64,000 bases of DNA from Escherichia coli (GCF_009931435.1 NZ_CP043414.1), one strand, 5' to 3'; shown: positions 46,140 to 57,110, counted from the first letter of the stretch. The notes: generated from the letters alone by a model not told the origin. Made by a program: numbers and translations.

Positions 46140-46309
46140 TTTATATTGTTTTTGTGAATATTATGCCTGTGTTTATTATTTATATATATCACAGATGAAA
46201 ATCATTGAATTATTCATAATGTAAATATTTTATTGAACGATATATATCACAGATAATTTTTAATATATGCGTAAATATCCTTTAAGTTTTACTGAAGGAT
46301 AAAAACATT
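46140..46309 (+). promoter_or_regulatory. AT-rich cas3 upstream region with 15-bp direct repeat
   Basis: ATATATATCACAGAT at 46182-46196 and 46240-46254 within a strongly AT-rich tract immediately upstream of the cas3 start. Confidence 0.45.
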
Positions 46310-48967
46310 GTGACTTTCTTTGATTTCTGGGGAAAAACCCGACGTGGCGAGAAAGAGGGTGGCGACGATTATCACCTTCTTTGCTGGCATTCGCTGGATG
46401 TAGCCGCGATAGGCTATTTAATGGTCAAAAACAACTGTTTCGGGCTGGCTGACTATTTTCGTCAATTAGGTTTCGCTGACACGGATCAGGCAGCACAATT
46501 TTTCGCCTGGTTGTTGTGCTGGCACGATACTGGAAAATTTGCCCGCTCATTTCAGCAACTTTACCTGCACCCACAACTCAAGGTTCCGGAAGGCGCAAGA
46601 AAGAATTACGAAAAGATCTCTCATTCAACGCTGGGTTACTGGTTGTGGCATCATTATTTAATTGAATGTGAAGAGTTGCTTCCTTCATCTTCACTCTCTT
46701 TGCGCAAACTTAAACGAGTAATAGATATGTGGATGCCCGTGACGACCGGGCATCATGGTCGGCCTCCTGACCGTATCGATGAACTGGACAACTTTCTGCC
46801 TGAAGACAAAGCTGCCGCACGGGATTTTCTCCTTGAAATCAAGGTACTGTTTCCGCTCATCGAGATCCCTACATTCTGGGATGATGACGAGGGCGTTGAA
46901 CTTATAAAACATTTTTCCTGGTATATCTCTGCAACCGTCGTACTCGCAGACTGGACGGGATCGTCAACGCGGTTTTTTCCACGCGTTGCACAGGCAATGG
47001 ATATTAAAGATTACTGGCAGAAGGCTTTAGTTCAGGCTCAAAACGCATTAACCGTCTTTCCCCCAAAAGCAGAAAGCGCGCCTTTCACTGGAATTAATAC
47101 GCTGTTTCCTTTTATTGAGAACCCAACACCGTTACAGCAAAAGGTGTTGGATCTGGATATCAGCCAGCCAGGACCACAGTTGTTTATTCTGGAAGATGTG
47201 ACTGGCGCAGGTAAAACAGAAGCGGCGCTTATCCTGGCGCACAGGTTGATGTCTGCGGGGAAAGCACAGGGTTTGTTTTTTGGCCTGCCAACAATGGCAA
47301 CGGCCAATGCCATGTACGATAGGCTGGTAAAAACCTGGCTTGCTTTCTATTCGCCACAATCCCGCCCCAGCCTGGTGCTGGCACACAGCGCTCGTTCGCT
47401 AATGGATCGCTTTAACGCATCGCTGTGGTCTGGTGATTTTGTGGGGTCAGAAGAACCGGATGAACAAGCGTTCAGTCAGGGATGTGCGGCCTGGTTTGCT
47501 GACAGTAACAAGAAGGCGTTGCTGGCTGAAATTGGCGTCGGCACGCTGGATCAGGCGATGATGGCGGTGATGCCGTTCAAACATAATAATCTGCGGCTTC
47601 TGGGGCTGAGTAACAAAATCCTGCTAGCCGATGAGATCCACGCCTGTGACGCTTATATGTCGTGCATTCTTGAAGGGCTGATCGAGCGGCAGGCGCGTGG
47701 CGGAAACAGCGTTATTTTGCTTTCTGCTACGTTGTCTCAACAGCAGCGTGACAAACTCGTCGCCGCCTTTGCGCGTGGTGCAGAGGGCCAGCAAGAAGCT
47801 CCGTTGCTGGAAAAAGATGATTATCCCTGGCTGACGCATGTCACGAAATCCGATGTGCATTCGCACCGGGTAGCGACGCGCAAAGACGTTGAGCGCAGCG
47901 TGAGTGTGGGTTGGCTTCATAGCGAACAAGAGTGTATTGCGCGTATCGAATCGGCGGTAAGTCAGGGGAAATGCATCGCCTGGATTCGGAATTCTGTCGA
48001 TGACGCCATCCAGGTTCATCGTCAGCTGCTTGCCCGCGGCGTCATTCCTGCTTCCAGCCTTTCACTTTTTCATAGCCGCTTTGCTTTCAGCGATCGCCAG
48101 CGAATTGAAACGGAGACGCTGGCACGCTTTGGTAAAGAAGACTGTTCACAGCGTGCCGGAAAAGTCCTCATTTGTACTCAGGTCCTGGAGCAGAGCGTCG
48201 ACTGCGACCTGGACGAAATGATTTCCGACCTTGCCCCTGTTGATTTACTGATCCAGCGAGCAGGGCGATTACAGCGACATATCCGCGATATTAATGGTCA
48301 GTTAAAGCGTGACGGTAAAGACGAGCGTCACCCTCCTGTATTGCTGATTCTGGCCCCCGTCTGGAACGACTCTCCGGGTGAAGAATGGTTTGGCTGTGCC
48401 ATGCGTAACAGTGCATTTGTCTATCCCGATCATGGGCGAATCTGGTTGACGCAGCGTGTGCTGCGTGAACAAGGCGCGATTCAGATGCCACACTCAGCCC
48501 GGCTTCTGATTGAATCAGTCTACGGTGAGGACGTGGTAATGCCGGAAGGGTTTGCCCGCAGCGAGCAGGAGCAAGTGGGCAAATACTACTGCGATCGTTC
48601 AATGGCTAATAAGTTTGTGCTGAACTTCAGGCCCGGCTATGCCGCCAATATCAACGATTACCTCCCGGAAAAACTGTCGACACGTCTGGCTGAAGAGTCT
48701 GTTTCCCTGTGGCTGGCTAGCTGTATTGGCGGTGTGGTGAAGCCTTATGCCACCGGTGCACACGCATGGGAAATGAGCGTTGTCAGAGTGCGCCAAAGCT
48801 GGTGGAAAAAACATCGGGATAAGTTTTCTTTACTGGAAGGGGATGCGTTCAGGCAGTGGTGCGTTGAACAGCGGCAAGATCCGGAGATGGCAAACGTGAT
48901 TTTGGTCACCGATGACGAAAGTTGTGGATATTCGGCTACGGAGGGATTGATTGGCAAGGTTGGTTGA
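46310..48967 (+). CDS. cas3: Cas3 HD-nuclease/helicase (type I-E)
   Basis: 885-aa ORF (GTG start, AAGGA RBS); HD motif ...LLCWHDTGKF..., Walker A VTGAGKTEA, DEIH box LLADEIHACD, then helicase C-terminal region. Confidence 0.93.
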   Translation: MTFFDFWGKTRRGEKEGGDDYHLLCWHSLDVAAIGYLMVKNNCFGLADYFRQLGFADTDQAAQFFAWLLCWHDTGKFARSFQQLYLHPQLKVPEGARKNYEKISHSTLGYWLWHHYLIECEELLPSSSLSLRKLKRVIDMWMPVTTGHHGRPPDRIDELDNFLPEDKAAARDFLLEIKVLFPLIEIPTFWDDDEGVELIKHFSWYISATVVLADWTGSSTRFFPRVAQAMDIKDYWQKALVQAQNALTVFPPKAESAPFTGINTLFPFIENPTPLQQKVLDLDISQPGPQLFILEDVTGAGKTEAALILAHRLMSAGKAQGLFFGLPTMATANAMYDRLVKTWLAFYSPQSRPSLVLAHSARSLMDRFNASLWSGDFVGSEEPDEQAFSQGCAAWFADSNKKALLAEIGVGTLDQAMMAVMPFKHNNLRLLGLSNKILLADEIHACDAYMSCILEGLIERQARGGNSVILLSATLSQQQRDKLVAAFARGAEGQQEAPLLEKDDYPWLTHVTKSDVHSHRVATRKDVERSVSVGWLHSEQECIARIESAVSQGKCIAWIRNSVDDAIQVHRQLLARGVIPASSLSLFHSRFAFSDRQRIETETLARFGKEDCSQRAGKVLICTQVLEQSVDCDLDEMISDLAPVDLLIQRAGRLQRHIRDINGQLKRDGKDERHPPVLLILAPVWNDSPGEEWFGCAMRNSAFVYPDHGRIWLTQRVLREQGAIQMPHSARLLIESVYGEDVVMPEGFARSEQEQVGKYYCDRSMANKFVLNFRPGYAANINDYLPEKLSTRLAEESVSLWLASCIGGVVKPYATGAHAWEMSVVRVRQSWWKKHRDKFSLLEGDAFRQWCVEQRQDPEMANVILVTDDESCGYSATEGLIGKVG

Positions 48968-49063
48968 TATGCCTGCGACAGGATTCTCTGAATAGTTGAT
49001 ACACAAAAAAGGATGGAAGGATGGATAACCGACCTGGGATGGTCTTTTTACGAGAGGATGCGT

Positions 49064-50626
49064 ATGAACTCGTTTTCACTTCTGACAACCCCGTGGTTGC
49101 CCGTTCGTTATAAAGACGGAACGACAGGCAAACTGGCGCCAGTCGATCTGGCGGATGAAAATGTTGTCGATATCGCTGCGCCGCGGGCAGATCTCCAGGG
49201 TGCGGCATGGCAGTTTTTGCTGGGACTACTACAAACCAGCTTCGCGCCCAAAAATCACGGTCGTTGGGATGATATATGGGAAGACGGACTGGAAGCTGAA
49301 AAGCTAAGGGAAGCATTGCTGTCTTTAGAACATGCTTTCCAGTTTGGCCCAGATTCCCCTTCATTTATGCAGGATTTCGAGGCGCTTACGGGAGATAAAG
49401 TTCCTGTCGCTTCGTTACTGCCTGAAATTCCCGGCGCTCAAACAACGAAGTTCAATAAAGACCACTTTATTAAGCGTGGCGTGACTGAACACATATGCCC
49501 TCATTGTTCCGCGTTAGCGCTGTTTTCCCTACAGTTAAATGCGCCGTCAGGCGGCAAAGGCTATCGCACCGGTTTGCGCGGCGGTGGGCCAATGACGACG
49601 CTGATTGAATTACAGGAATATCAGGGCAATCAACAAACACCCTTGTGGCGCAAACTGTGGCTCAACGTGATGCCGCAGGATGAATCTGACTTACCGCTAC
49701 CCAAAAAATTTGGCGATCTGGTTTTCCCCTGGCTTGGCCCGACGCGTACCAGTGAACTGGCCGGTGCGGTGGTAACTGATGATCAGGTCAACAAACTCCA
49801 GGCGTACTGGGGAATGCCTCGGCGCATACGTGTTGATTTTAATACCACGACAGTCGGCAACTGCGATATTTGCGGTGAGCAGAGCGACGCGCTCCTGAGC
49901 CTGATGACGACCAAAAATTACGGTGCGAATTATGCCATGTGGCAGCATCCCTTAACGCCCTACCGTATACCACTTAAAGAGGGCGGCGAGCTTTACTCGG
50001 TTAAACCACAACCGGGCGGTTTAATCTGGCGCGACTGGCTAGGACTTATCGAAACGGGTAAGTCAGAAAACAATACGGAACTTCCCGCGCTGGTGGTGAA
50101 ACTCTTTAATGCCAGCAGTCTGAAACAGGCAAAAGTGGGCCTGTGGGGATTTGGCTATGATTTCGACAACATGAAAGCGCGCTGTTGGTACGAACACCAT
50201 TTCCCGCTACTGCTCAATAAAAAAGAAGGCCAGATACCAAAGCTGCGGCTGGCTGCGCAAACGGCTTCACGGATTCTAAGTCTGTTACGGAGTGCATTGA
50301 AAGAAGCATGGTTCTCCGATCCAAAAGGTGCACGGGGTGATTTCAGTTTTGTGGATATCGACTTCTGGAACAAAACTCAGCATCGCTTCCTGAGGTTAGT
50401 GCGTCAAATTGAAGAAGGTCAGGAGCCGGATGAATTACTCAGCAAATGGCAAAAGGAAATGTGGTTATTCGCGCGTCAGGATTTTGACGAGCGGGTATTC
50501 ACTAATCCTTATGAGCCCGTTGATTTGAAACGCGTCATGACCGCGCGCAAGAAATATTTTACAACATCGGCGGAGAAGCAAAGTGCTAAAGCCGCCAGGG
50601 AGAAAAAGCAGGAGGCTGCTGAATGA
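49064..50626 (+). CDS. casA: Cse1/CasA, Cascade large subunit
   Basis: ORF track starts 49013; the ATG at 49064 has a GAGAGG RBS and gives MNSFSLLTTPWLPVRYKDGTTGK..., a Cse1-family N-terminus; about 520 aa. Confidence 0.85.
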   Translation: MNSFSLLTTPWLPVRYKDGTTGKLAPVDLADENVVDIAAPRADLQGAAWQFLLGLLQTSFAPKNHGRWDDIWEDGLEAEKLREALLSLEHAFQFGPDSPSFMQDFEALTGDKVPVASLLPEIPGAQTTKFNKDHFIKRGVTEHICPHCSALALFSLQLNAPSGGKGYRTGLRGGGPMTTLIELQEYQGNQQTPLWRKLWLNVMPQDESDLPLPKKFGDLVFPWLGPTRTSELAGAVVTDDQVNKLQAYWGMPRRIRVDFNTTTVGNCDICGEQSDALLSLMTTKNYGANYAMWQHPLTPYRIPLKEGGELYSVKPQPGGLIWRDWLGLIETGKSENNTELPALVVKLFNASSLKQAKVGLWGFGYDFDNMKARCWYEHHFPLLLNKKEGQIPKLRLAAQTASRILSLLRSALKEAWFSDPKGARGDFSFVDIDFWNKTQHRFLRLVRQIEEGQEPDELLSKWQKEMWLFARQDFDERVFTNPYEPVDLKRVMTARKKYFTTSAEKQSAKAAREKKQEAAE

Positions 50627-51159
50627 GTATTGTAAAAGAGGAGCACAAAGCCACGCTGCGCAAATGGCACGAGGAATTGCAGGAAAAACGCGGCAATCGT
50701 GCCAGTCTGCGGCGTAGTACGACGGTTAATGATGTTTGTTTGTCAGAAGGGTTTCGTTCTCTGCTGATGCAGACCCACACGTTGTGGAAAGTTGAAGCGC
50801 AAGAGTGGCGTTTTACCGCACTGGCACTGGTCGCTGCAGTTAGCGCCAATGTAAAAGCCATTGATGAACGGCAGCCTTTTGCCGCGCAGCTGGCGGCAGT
50901 AATGTCAGAAGGGCGGTTTTCGCGCCTGTCGGCAGTAAAAACGCCGGATGATTTACTGCGCCAGTTACGTCGCGCGGTCAAATTATTAAACGGTTCCGTC
51001 AATCTTATCTCTTTGGCAGACGATATTTTCCGCTGGTGCCAGGAGAGTGACGACCTGCTCAACCATCACCGCCGTCAGCAGCGGCCAACAGAATTTATCC
51101 GTATCCGCTGGGCGCTGGAATATTACCAGGCTGGCGACGCCGATAACGAACAAAATTAA
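50623..51159 (+). CDS. casB: Cse2/CasB, Cascade small subunit
   Basis: 178-aa ORF; GGAGG RBS; ATGA overlap with the casA stop; operon position. Confidence 0.85.
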   Translation: MSIVKEEHKATLRKWHEELQEKRGNRASLRRSTTVNDVCLSEGFRSLLMQTHTLWKVEAQEWRFTALALVAAVSANVKAIDERQPFAAQLAAVMSEGRFSRLSAVKTPDDLLRQLRRAVKLLNGSVNLISLADDIFRWCQESDDLLNHHRRQQRPTEFIRIRWALEYYQAGDADNEQN

Positions 51160-51173
51160 TAAAGGACTATCTC

Positions 51174-52229
51174 ATGACGACATTTATTCAGCTCCATTTG
51201 TTAACCGCTTACCCTGCAGCCAACCTTAACCGTGATGACACCGGTGCGCCGAAAACCGTGGTGCTGGGTGGAGCAACGCGTCTGCGCGTTTCCTCGCAAA
51301 GTCTGAAACGTGCGTGGCGCACTTCTGCACTTTTTGAACAGGCGCTGGCGGGCCATATTGGTATTCGTAGTGGGCGTATCGCGCGCGAGGCAGCAACTAT
51401 CATGATTGAGAAAGGAATCGAAGAAAAAAAAGCCATCGAATGGGCGGCAGATATTGCCGATTATCTTGGTAAAGCCAAAAAAGACAAAAAAACAAAAGAT
51501 CCGCTCACTAACGCTGAAACTGAACAGCTCGTCCATATCAGCCCTGCAGAATTTGACGCCGTAAAAGCGCTGGCCCATCAACTGGCAGAAGAAAAGCGCG
51601 CGCCAAAAGAGGACGATCTCGCTTTGTTACGTAAAGATCGTATGGCGGTAGATATCGCCATGTTTGGTCGTATGCTGGCGAATAAACCCGAGTTTAATGT
51701 TGAAGCCGCCTGTCAGGTCGCGCACGCGTTTGGTGTCAGTGAAACGATTGTCGAAGATGATTTTTTCACCGCCGTTGATGATTTGCGCCAGGCCTCTGAA
51801 GATGCTGGTGCAGGGCATCTTGGTGAAACTGGGTTTGGTTCTGCGCTGTTCTACACCTATATCTGCATTGATAAAGATCTGCTGGTCGAAAACCTCGGCG
51901 GTGACGAAGCATTAGCTAATCAGACCCTGCGCGCCTTTACGGAAGCAGCGTTTAAAGTTTCCCCAACCGGTAAACAAAACAGCTTTGCCAGCCGTGCCTA
52001 CGCCTCCTGGGCGCTGGCAGAAAAAGGCACCGAACAACCGCGTTCTCTGGCGGCGGCTTTCTATGAACCCATTAATGGCACACGTCAGTTAGATGTGGCA
52101 GTGCAGCGTATTACAACGCTTCGCGAAAACATGAATACGGTTTACGAACAGAAGACCGAATGCGCAAGTTTTGACGTGATGAACAAACAGGGAAGCATGA
52201 AGGACGTGCTGGACTTTATCTGCGCGTAA
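51174..52229 (+). CDS. casC: Cas7e/CasC, Cascade backbone
   Basis: 351-aa ORF MTTFIQLHLLTAYPAANLNRDDTGAPKTVVLGGATRLRVSSQSLKRAWR... (Cas7 RAMP signature). Confidence 0.9.
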   Translation: MTTFIQLHLLTAYPAANLNRDDTGAPKTVVLGGATRLRVSSQSLKRAWRTSALFEQALAGHIGIRSGRIAREAATIMIEKGIEEKKAIEWAADIADYLGKAKKDKKTKDPLTNAETEQLVHISPAEFDAVKALAHQLAEEKRAPKEDDLALLRKDRMAVDIAMFGRMLANKPEFNVEAACQVAHAFGVSETIVEDDFFTAVDDLRQASEDAGAGHLGETGFGSALFYTYICIDKDLLVENLGGDEALANQTLRAFTEAAFKVSPTGKQNSFASRAYASWALAEKGTEQPRSLAAAFYEPINGTRQLDVAVQRITTLRENMNTVYEQKTECASFDVMNKQGSMKDVLDFICA

Positions 52230-52239
52230 GGGGCGGCTT

Positions 52240-52986
52240 ATGAGCCAATATCTGATTTTTCAGCTTCATGGGCCAATGGCATCCTGGGGCGTTGATGCAC
52301 CCGGTGAGGTGCGTCATACCCATGAACTGCCTTCGCGTTCAGCATTGCTGGGGCTGCTGGCTGCCGGGTTAGGGATACGGCGTGATGACACCGAATGCTT
52401 AAACGCGTTTAATCGCCACTATTCACTGGTGGTTTGCGCCAGCCGTAACCCGCGCTGGGCACGGGATTATCACACGGTCCAGATGCCAAAAGAGGTGCGT
52501 AAAGCGCGTTATTTCAGCCGTCGCGAAGAGTTGAGCGACCCTGATCTTCTAAGCGCGATTATCTCCCGGCGCGACTACTACACCGATGCCTGGTGGATGG
52601 TGGCCGTGGCAACAACAGCTGATGCGCCTTACAGCCTCGAACAGTTGCAGGAAGGTTTACGCCATCCGGTTTTTCCGCTTTATCTGGGGCGAAAAAGCCA
52701 TCCGCTGGCGTTACCCCTTGCGCCGTTACTGCTCGAAGGCAACGCGTCTGATGCCTTACGTACCGCATATCAACAGTATCAGGATCGTTTCCACGAACTA
52801 AAAGTCTCACTCCCGAAACTTCAGGATGAATGCTGGTGGGAAGGGGAACACGACGGCCTGGTCGCGAGCAAAATATTACGCCGCCGGGATGTTCCTTTAA
52901 ATCGTCAGCAGTGGCTGTTTGGGGAACGCACTGTCAATCAGGGGCCGTGGCTCAGCAAGGAGGAACCATGTACCTCTCAAGAATAA
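52240..52986 (+). CDS. casD: Cas5e/CasD
   Basis: 248-aa ORF MSQYLIFQLHGPMASWGVDAPGEVRHTHELPSRSALLGLLAAGLGIRRDD... (Cas5e N-terminal signature). Confidence 0.9.
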   Translation: MSQYLIFQLHGPMASWGVDAPGEVRHTHELPSRSALLGLLAAGLGIRRDDTECLNAFNRHYSLVVCASRNPRWARDYHTVQMPKEVRKARYFSRREELSDPDLLSAIISRRDYYTDAWWMVAVATTADAPYSLEQLQEGLRHPVFPLYLGRKSHPLALPLAPLLLEGNASDALRTAYQQYQDRFHELKVSLPKLQDECWWEGEHDGLVASKILRRRDVPLNRQQWLFGERTVNQGPWLSKEEPCTSQE

Positions 52987-53614
52987 CCTTACATACCGGC
53001 CAGCTTTCCCCAGCGCAGTTGCTGCATCTGGTGGATCGCGGTGAATATGTGATGCATCAGTGGCTGTGGGATCTTTTCCCTGGCGGCAAAGAAAGGCAAT
53101 TTCTTTATCGTCGGGAAGAACTCCAGGGCGCGTTTCGCTTTTTTGTCCTGTCGCAGGAACGCCCGGCGGAAAGTGAAACGTTCACCATCGAATGCCGGTC
53201 ATTTGCGCCGGAGCTGCGTACCGGACAATCCCTTTTTTTCAACCTGCGAGCGAATCCAACAGTCTGTAAAGCGGGTAAGCGCCACGATCTGCTGATGGAG
53301 GCGAAACGGCAGGTGAGGGGGCAGGCGGAAGGAAGTGATGTCTGGTTGCATCAACAACAGGCGGCGCTGGGCTGGCTGGCTGCGCAGGGAGAGAGAAGTG
53401 GTTTTACACTGCTGGATACCTCGGTCGATGCCTACCGACAACAGCAACTGCGGCGGGAAAATGCCCGGCAACTGATCCAGTTCAGTAGCGTGGATTATAC
53501 GGGGATGCTGACGGTCACCGAGCCAGGGTTATTTCTGCAACGTCTCTGCCTGGGGTATGGCAAAAGCCGGGCGTTCGGCTGTGGTCTGATGTTAATCAAA
53601 CCCGGAGCAGAGGC

Positions 53615-53618
<4 letters not shown>
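52968..53618 (+). CDS. casE: Cas6e/CasE, pre-crRNA endoribonuclease
   Basis: ORF track starts 52830; the ATG at 52968 with AGGAGG RBS gives MYLSRITLHTGQLSPAQLLHL...; contains FNLRANP and C-terminal glycine-rich GYGKSRAFGCGLM motifs. Confidence 0.88.
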
Positions 53619-54828
<1,210 letters not shown>

Positions 54829-54924
54829 GTTACCCGTTCTTTAAAAATAAGGAAATGTTTGAATTTAGTTGGTAGATTGTTGATGTGGAATAAAATTGTT
54901 TAAAAACAGATACGTATGCTTAGT
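54829..54924 (+). promoter_or_regulatory. CRISPR leader of the cas2-proximal array
   Basis: AT-rich 96 bp; AGTTGGTAGATTGT at 54868-54881, 43 bp upstream of the first repeat. Confidence 0.8.
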
Positions 54925-56050
54925 GTGTTCCCCGCGCCAGCGGGGATAAACCGTGGATTATGACGCCAGAGAGCTTCCTGTTTGCGTGTTCCCCGCGCCA
55001 GCGGGGATAAACCGCTGGCTAATAACATCCCACTGAATATTATTTCGTGTTCCCCGCGCCAGCGGGGATAAACCGAGGTGTGGCATGCGGGGAATTATGA
55101 TCCGGTAGTGTTCCCCGCGCCAGCGGGGATAAACCGTGACAACGGCCGGCCGCTCTTTTTGCGGTCATGTGTTCCCCGCGCCAGCGGGGATAAACCGATC
55201 ATCGGCATCATCTCGTGATACTCATCCGGCGTGTTCCCCGCGCCAGCGGGGATAAACCGCCCAGGCTTTACGTGAGCTGGCGGATGTGGCCGTGTTCCCC
55301 GCGCCAGCGGGGATAAACCATACGGTCAAGCGATATCAGGGGTACTGTGTCGTGTTCCCCGCGCCAGCGGGGATAAACCGGGCGCCGCATCTTTATCGTA
55401 AAGCATGTAAAGGTGTTCCCCGCGCCAGCGGGGATAAACCGACCGCTCACACCCAGACAAGCGCCACTAACGTGTGTTCCCCGCGCCAGCGGGGATAAAC
55501 CGAACGCCGCATCAGCTAAATACGCTAAAAAAATGTGTTCCCCGCGCCAGCGGGGATAAACCGCGGCTGATACTCAGGAGCAGGCCAGAGAGCGTGTGTT
55601 CCCCGCGCCAGCGGGGATAAACCGTACCACCTGTGTATTGAGTTACGTCGCCGGGGGTGTTCCCCGCGCCAGCGGGGATAAACCGGAGCTTCATCGGTGG
55701 TTCTGGGAGCAACGGGAGTGTTCCCCGCGCCAGCGGGGATAAACCGGCACAAGTGACTACATCAAGGATGGGGAATGGGTGTTCCCCGCGCCAGCGGGGA
55801 TAAACCGATTAACATTGCAATTGAATTGACGCGTATGAGGTGTTCCCCGCGCCAGCGGGGATAAACCGCAGGCAGCACGGCGGGTTTTGCCCGGATATTT
55901 GTGTTCCCCGCGCCAGCGGGGATAAACCGCAAAACCAATAGGTGCTTTCCACATTGCAGAAGTGTTCCCCGCGCCAGCGGGGATAAACCGCTCTCGGTTC
56001 TGGGGTACTGTTACCCATAACTGAGCTCCCCCGCGTCAGCGGGGGAACTC
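54925..56050 (+). CRISPR. type I-E CRISPR array: 19 repeats (18 canonical plus degenerate terminal), 18 spacers
   Basis: 29-bp repeat GTGTTCCCCGCGCCAGCGGGGATAAACCG at 54925, 54986, 55047, 55108, 55169, 55231, 55292, 55352, 55413, 55474, 55535, 55596, 55657, 55718, 55779, 55840, 55901, 55962; terminal degenerate GAGCTCCCCCGCGTCAGCGGGGGAACTC (56023-56050); spacers 31-33 bp. Confidence 0.97.
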
Positions 56051-56072
56051 CCAGCTCCCATTTTCAAACGCC

Positions 56073-57110
56073 TCATGACGCCTTCACCAGCTCCTTCACC
56101 AGCGGTAGCATTATCCGCATAACGTCACGGCAGCGACGTTCTATTCTTCCAGGAAGCGCCTTATCAATATGCTGTTGATTATCAAGCCTTACATCATGCC
56201 AGCTATTTCCCGCCGGGAAGGCCGGTGTTTTTGCGCGTTGCTGATAACCATCCTTATTTCCAAGATTCCAGTTGGTCGCCTCCACCGAAAGTACCGCAAT
56301 ACCGGCTTTGTCGAAAACTTCTGCATCATTACAACACCCGGTGCCTTTCGGATAGTTTTTATTCAAACCTGGATTTGTTGTCGCTGCAATCCCATGATTA
56401 CGCGCAATTGCCAGCGCTCGATCACGGGTTAATTTCCTGACAGCCTCTGGTGTATTTACACCACTATTAAAATACAATTTATCGCCAACAATTAAGTTAT
56501 CGAGATTAATCACCAGCAGCGTATTTTTCTTTTCGGTGTCACTCATCCGTTTGAGTAAATTCTCAGCGCCTAATTTTCCTTCCTCTTCGCCGCTGGTCGC
56601 CACAAATCGAATACCATACTCGGTAGGCGTATTTTTCAGGCGTTCAGCCAGTTCCAGCATGACACCTAAACCTGCGGCGTTATCATCCATTCCTTGTAAC
56701 GTTAGCCCGCCGAGATTGGCATCGGCGTCAGCATCGCTCAGCGGGGCGTAAGTATCCAGATGCGCCATAATGATGATCTGCTGCGGCGCTTTGCCTTCAT
56801 GAGCGGCAATCACCGTACTTCCCGTCACGTTATGCCAGCTCTTGCGATTATCGCGGGCGGTGTAAATATATCGGCTATTAAATGTCCGAATATCACTGCG
56901 ATAACCCATCTGTTGAAACTGTTGGCGAATATAATCGGCAGATAACATTTCTGCAGGAGTTCCGGTCATGCGTCCCGGAAAGAAAGTAGCAATATGTCGT
57001 GCCTGTGTATTAGCAAAATCACCAGGTTTAGGTGACGAGGCGTGTACGGGGAGAATAAAGCATACGCCGAGCGCCAGGGCAGCGGTACGGTGGCGCAATG
57101 CGGAAAACAT
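56073..57110 (-). CDS. iap: alkaline phosphatase isozyme conversion aminopeptidase
   Basis: 345-aa ORF MFSALRHRTAALALGVCFILPVHASSPKPGDF... (signal peptide, M28-type peptidase). Confidence 0.92.
   Translation of the reverse strand: MFSALRHRTAALALGVCFILPVHASSPKPGDFANTQARHIATFFPGRMTGTPAEMLSADYIRQQFQQMGYRSDIRTFNSRYIYTARDNRKSWHNVTGSTVIAAHEGKAPQQIIIMAHLDTYAPLSDADADANLGGLTLQGMDDNAAGLGVMLELAERLKNTPTEYGIRFVATSGEEEGKLGAENLLKRMSDTEKKNTLLVINLDNLIVGDKLYFNSGVNTPEAVRKLTRDRALAIARNHGIAATTNPGLNKNYPKGTGCCNDAEVFDKAGIAVLSVEATNWNLGNKDGYQQRAKTPAFPAGNSWHDVRLDNQQHIDKALPGRIERRCRDVMRIMLPLVKELVKAS

Noticed and set aside
49013-49063. Upstream in-frame extension of casA (MEGWITDLGWSFYERMR)
   Set aside because: No spacing-compatible RBS before the 49013 ATG, whereas the 49064 ATG has GAGAGG 7 nt upstream and yields a Cse1-like N-terminus
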